This document shows, piece by piece, positions 61,054-64,000 of a stretch of 64,000 nt of DNA. This DNA is from a bacterium (lineage in GTDB: Bacteria > Zhuqueibacterota > Zhuqueibacteria > Oceanimicrobiales > Oceanimicrobiaceae). How positions within the stretch are numbered: the stretch's first letter is position 1; each line of letters starts with the position of its first letter. The translations under genes were made by a program, and so were the position numbers. The notes beneath the pieces were generated by a model. It did no database searches. It was given only the letters and a program-made list of their open reading frames with translations, and was not told the origin of the DNA. The DNA lies in contig JBHHXN010000010.1 of assembly GCA_046757025.1 (NCBI GenBank), positions 1-64,000 of the forward strand, read 5' to 3'.

Positions 61054-61761
61054 TTATCTGGTTACTTTACCAAAATCCTGATTCTGGAAAAAAAACATTC
61101 TTTTCTTTTTCGAATCGAGATTAAGCTGTTTTAAATATTTGCGCATTTCGAACCAACCGAGTTTGATATTTCCAAAACGCGAGGTGTTTAGTTTTTTAAT
61201 TATTTGAAACATACTTGAATCCGGATTTTCAATGATGATTCGTTTCAACTTTTCTTCGATTGTTTCCAATTGCGGTTCGGATTTATTGTCTGCTTGCTGC
61301 TCCAACTCAACTACATTGGTTTCTGATTGGGGAGCCACTTGAGTATTTTCCGTGGACTGCGTTTCCTCATGCATCGACGGATGCATGATTGCTGCCGGCG
61401 CTTTCTCCTGCGAAAAGTCAGCAATGGCCTCATCCAATGAATCAAAAGCCTTTAGAATGTAATGAAACTCCAGCAATTCAAACACTTCATAAACATCAGG
61501 AATCATTCGCACCAATTTTAAATCGCCTTTGTTTTCTCGAATGCCTTTGATTTCACTAATGAAAATACCCCAGCCAGCGCTGCTGATGTAATCGACATTT
61601 CCTAAATCTATTATGATATTGTAACTATTGGACCTCAGTACAGAATTCAATGCATGTTCAAGTTCAGCAGAAGTGGTCGTATCAATATAACCACCGACTT
61701 TGATTACCGAGATATTTTGTTTTTCACCAGCTTTTTCGACGGACACTTGAATGCCTTCCAT
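61054..61761 (-). CDS. STAS anti-sigma antagonist with linker and C-terminal HTH-like module
   Basis: DLGNVDYISSAGWG STAS motif; about 60-aa basic helical C-terminal domain. Confidence 0.9.
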   Translation of the reverse strand: MEGIQVSVEKAGEKQNISVIKVGGYIDTTTSAELEHALNSVLRSNSYNIIIDLGNVDYISSAGWGIFISEIKGIRENKGDLKLVRMIPDVYEVFELLEFHYILKAFDSLDEAIADFSQEKAPAAIMHPSMHEETQSTENTQVAPQSETNVVELEQQADNKSEPQLETIEEKLKRIIIENPDSSMFQIIKKLNTSRFGNIKLGWFEMRKYLKQLNLDSKKKRMFFFQNQDFGKVTR

Positions 61762-61810
61762 GGATGGCTCCTACTCTTTTATTTCAACTGAATTCAAAAA
61801 TAACGGATAA

Positions 61811-61839
61811 AATATACGTGAAATCGAATTAAAAGTCAA
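61811..61839 (-). promoter_or_regulatory. Sigma70-type promoter for the STAS gene
   Basis: TTGACT-N17-TATATT on the minus strand. Confidence 0.65.
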
Positions 61840-61907
61840 TAGAAAGTAATCGTTTACCCACGCTACTATTTTCATGGGTTGATTTACTCATTCAATCCAA
61901 AATAGAG

Positions 61908-64000
61908 TTATATCATTTGCAAAGCTCTTTCGATCTTTTCCTTGACGTCAACTCTTTCGGGGTTTAATTCCAAAACTTTTTCCCACTCGCGGATCGCCAA
62001 TTTATAATCACCCCGATTAGCGTAAATCACTCCCAAATTTTCATAGGCCGCAATATCAGCGGGATCAATCCGTTTCACCAGTTTATACGATTCAGCGGCA
62101 TCCTCGTACATCTGATTGCGGAAATACGCGTTTCCCAGAATACTGTGCGCTTCTTTGTAGTCCGGATAAATTTCAACGATTTTTTTGAATTCGTCGATGG
62201 CTTTTTCGTAGTCTTTTTCTTTGTAGTATTTAATGCCCGGAATCAGAATTTTCTCCTTTTCACTGGCGTCAGGATATCGGGCTTCGCGCATGCCAGGGGC
62301 GCCCGCGGCTTCTAACTTTTTCTTCCTTTTACGCTTAAATTTCGAAACGAGGCCGTCACGCTCGTGGTGCTCAGAATGGCTTCCAGATTCTCTATTTTCA
62401 ACGCCGTTGCTATTACCAGATTTGAAATCATTTTTTTCTTTTTTATCGGACACATAGACAATTTCTTCATCGATGCTTTGAATTAAATCCGAAAAAGAAA
62501 CAGTGTCTTCCTTGTTATTGCTGTCGCTCGACTCTTCAGCCAAAAGTTCGTCGATAGAAGGAATCGTGAGATCGTCTTCTCCTTCTTTACTCCCTAATTC
62601 TGAATATTGCGCTTTTTCTTTTTTCTCATCTTCCACAGCGCTTTGTGAATCATCGGGCTGAGACGGTTCATCTTTTGGTCGAAATGGATCCGGTAGTTCA
62701 ACCGTTTGGGTCTCTTCATCCGAATTGGTGCTTATGACAATGGGTTGTTCATCTTCATCGTCGTCAAAGTCCTGATCCTCTAAATTGCTTTGACCTCCAA
62801 AAAGCTCCTCAAATGAAAATTCATCGGTTAAAGATGATTCTAAAGATTGGTTTTCAAAATAATCCACCGCAGATTCATCCTTCTCAAATGTCCCGCTTTC
62901 TGAAATATCCGCATCCTCATTTAATTCAGTAACCGAGGCATGATCCTCAATTGATGAAATAGCTTCAATTTGCGAATGGGGTGGGACTTCTGATTTGATT
63001 TCTTCACCTTCAACATCGCTTTCTGAAAAATCGTCATCTGTCTCCACGGCGTGCTCTTTTGCGAGTATTTCATCAATTGGTACGTCGAAACGTAAATCAG
63101 AATCTTCATCGATTTGGATGTGGCTGGCATCGTCCACCACACTTTCCTCCCCGGCCGTCTCCACACCGCCGTCAGTTAGCTTCTTCTCGTCTTCGCTTTG
63201 ATCTTTCGATCGCTTTTGCGTGGTTATTCTGGTGCGCGGTTCGGTTGAAATGGTAAAATCTATAGGTTCTTTATGGTCAATAATAATTTTACCATCAAGA
63301 GTCATCATCGGCGTACCAGGTGGTTTTAATTTTCGGTTACTTTTCTTAATTTTTGATATATAAGCTTCTCTGAGCTGCCTGGTATTCAGCCGACTTCTCA
63401 CTAGCTCATCATAAATTTTGCTCTCGCTGATTTCTGTAAAATTATATCTTTCTGTTTTTAGCTCGTCGCTGATTCTACTGGCGCCGTATTCCGGGTGTTT
63501 GGCAATGATATCAAATATTTTGGTTTTTTCTTCCACGCTTAAATGCTTGGCTTCTACCGACACATCTTCATTGATTTCGAACGAATCCATGCCTTCTTCT
63601 TCAAACACTTTTTTGTATTTGCTGTAATAAGCATAGGTCGTTAAATTTACGGTTTCACAAGCTTCGCGAATGCTGCTTCCTTCCAAAATCATTTTGTGAG
63701 CTTCTTTGGCTCTTCGCAATTCATCTTCTTCACGCGTGGACTTTTCCTTGATTGCCACCAGCGAAATGTCATCGTATTGGGGGTTACCTTCGGTGAATGA
63801 ATGAATTCCCAATTTCAATTGTTCAACAAATTCATTGACATCCAGGTGGCCATGACGGCGTAATAAATCAAGCAACCGCTCCTCACCGAGTAGCTCGCGG
63901 TTTGAATTCATGGCTTCGGTGATGCCGTCGGTGTACACCAGCAGAATATCATCTTTGGTCAGTTGAATGGTTTCAGAATCAATAGACTTTCTAAATAAAT
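61908..64000 (-). CDS. SpoIIE/PP2C phosphatase fused to HTH module, acidic linker and TPRs (5' end outside the window)
   Basis: Frame is open to the window edge; YTDGITEA...DDIS PP2C end; D/E-rich tract; three to four C-terminal TPRs. Confidence 0.9.
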   Translation of the reverse strand, partial: LFRKSIDSETIQLTKDDILLVYTDGITEAMNSNRELLGEERLLDLLRRHGHLDVNEFVEQLKLGIHSFTEGNPQYDDISLVAIKEKSTREEDELRRAKEAHKMILEGSSIREACETVNLTTYAYYSKYKKVFEEEGMDSFEINEDVSVEAKHLSVEEKTKIFDIIAKHPEYGASRISDELKTERYNFTEISESKIYDELVRSRLNTRQLREAYISKIKKSNRKLKPPGTPMMTLDGKIIIDHKEPIDFTISTEPRTRITTQKRSKDQSEDEKKLTDGGVETAGEESVVDDASHIQIDEDSDLRFDVPIDEILAKEHAVETDDDFSESDVEGEEIKSEVPPHSQIEAISSIEDHASVTELNEDADISESGTFEKDESAVDYFENQSLESSLTDEFSFEELFGGQSNLEDQDFDDDEDEQPIVISTNSDEETQTVELPDPFRPKDEPSQPDDSQSAVEDEKKEKAQYSELGSKEGEDDLTIPSIDELLAEESSDSNNKEDTVSFSDLIQSIDEEIVYVSDKKEKNDFKSGNSNGVENRESGSHSEHHERDGLVSKFKRKRKKKLEAAGAPGMREARYPDASEKEKILIPGIKYYKEKDYEKAIDEFKKIVEIYPDYKEAHSILGNAYFRNQMYEDAAESYKLVKRIDPADIAAYENLGVIYANRGDYKLAIREWEKVLELNPERVDVKEKIERALQMI

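Overview
64 kb of bacterial chromosome that is mostly housekeeping and metabolic. The gene style, for example a QNYPNPFN...RKM C-terminal secretion/FlgD-type domain, suggests an FCB-related lineage such as KSB1 or Calditrichota; this is inference only. Coding content: an Omp85 protein with an RND efflux cluster, secD-secF-STAS-purA, a TPR-CHAT protein, amidase and rhomboid, clpS, a ClC channel, PNP, a split 5-oxoprolinase/hydantoinase with its transporter, glgP, an M14 peptidase, AmrS, mpg, tex, three SpoIIE/PP2C proteins, gltX flanked by four tRNAs, dprA and obgE. No transposase, integrase, CRISPR array or rRNA was seen. Four observations stand out. (1) The intergenic spaces hold at least five families of small non-autonomous TIR elements, several with readable target-site duplications (6, 8 or 9 bp; possibly TA). 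They carry related GTCA/CGTC-type REP palindromes as apparently exchangeable cargo, include one clean nested insertion, and several lie just downstream of sigma70 promoters. (2) An AhpD-like CxxU selenoprotein is split by the ORF caller at an in-frame TGA that is followed by a SECIS-like hairpin. (3) A PP2C phosphatase and its neighbouring STAS protein both carry a transposase-like helix-turn-helix module. (4) There is a solitary attC-like site.
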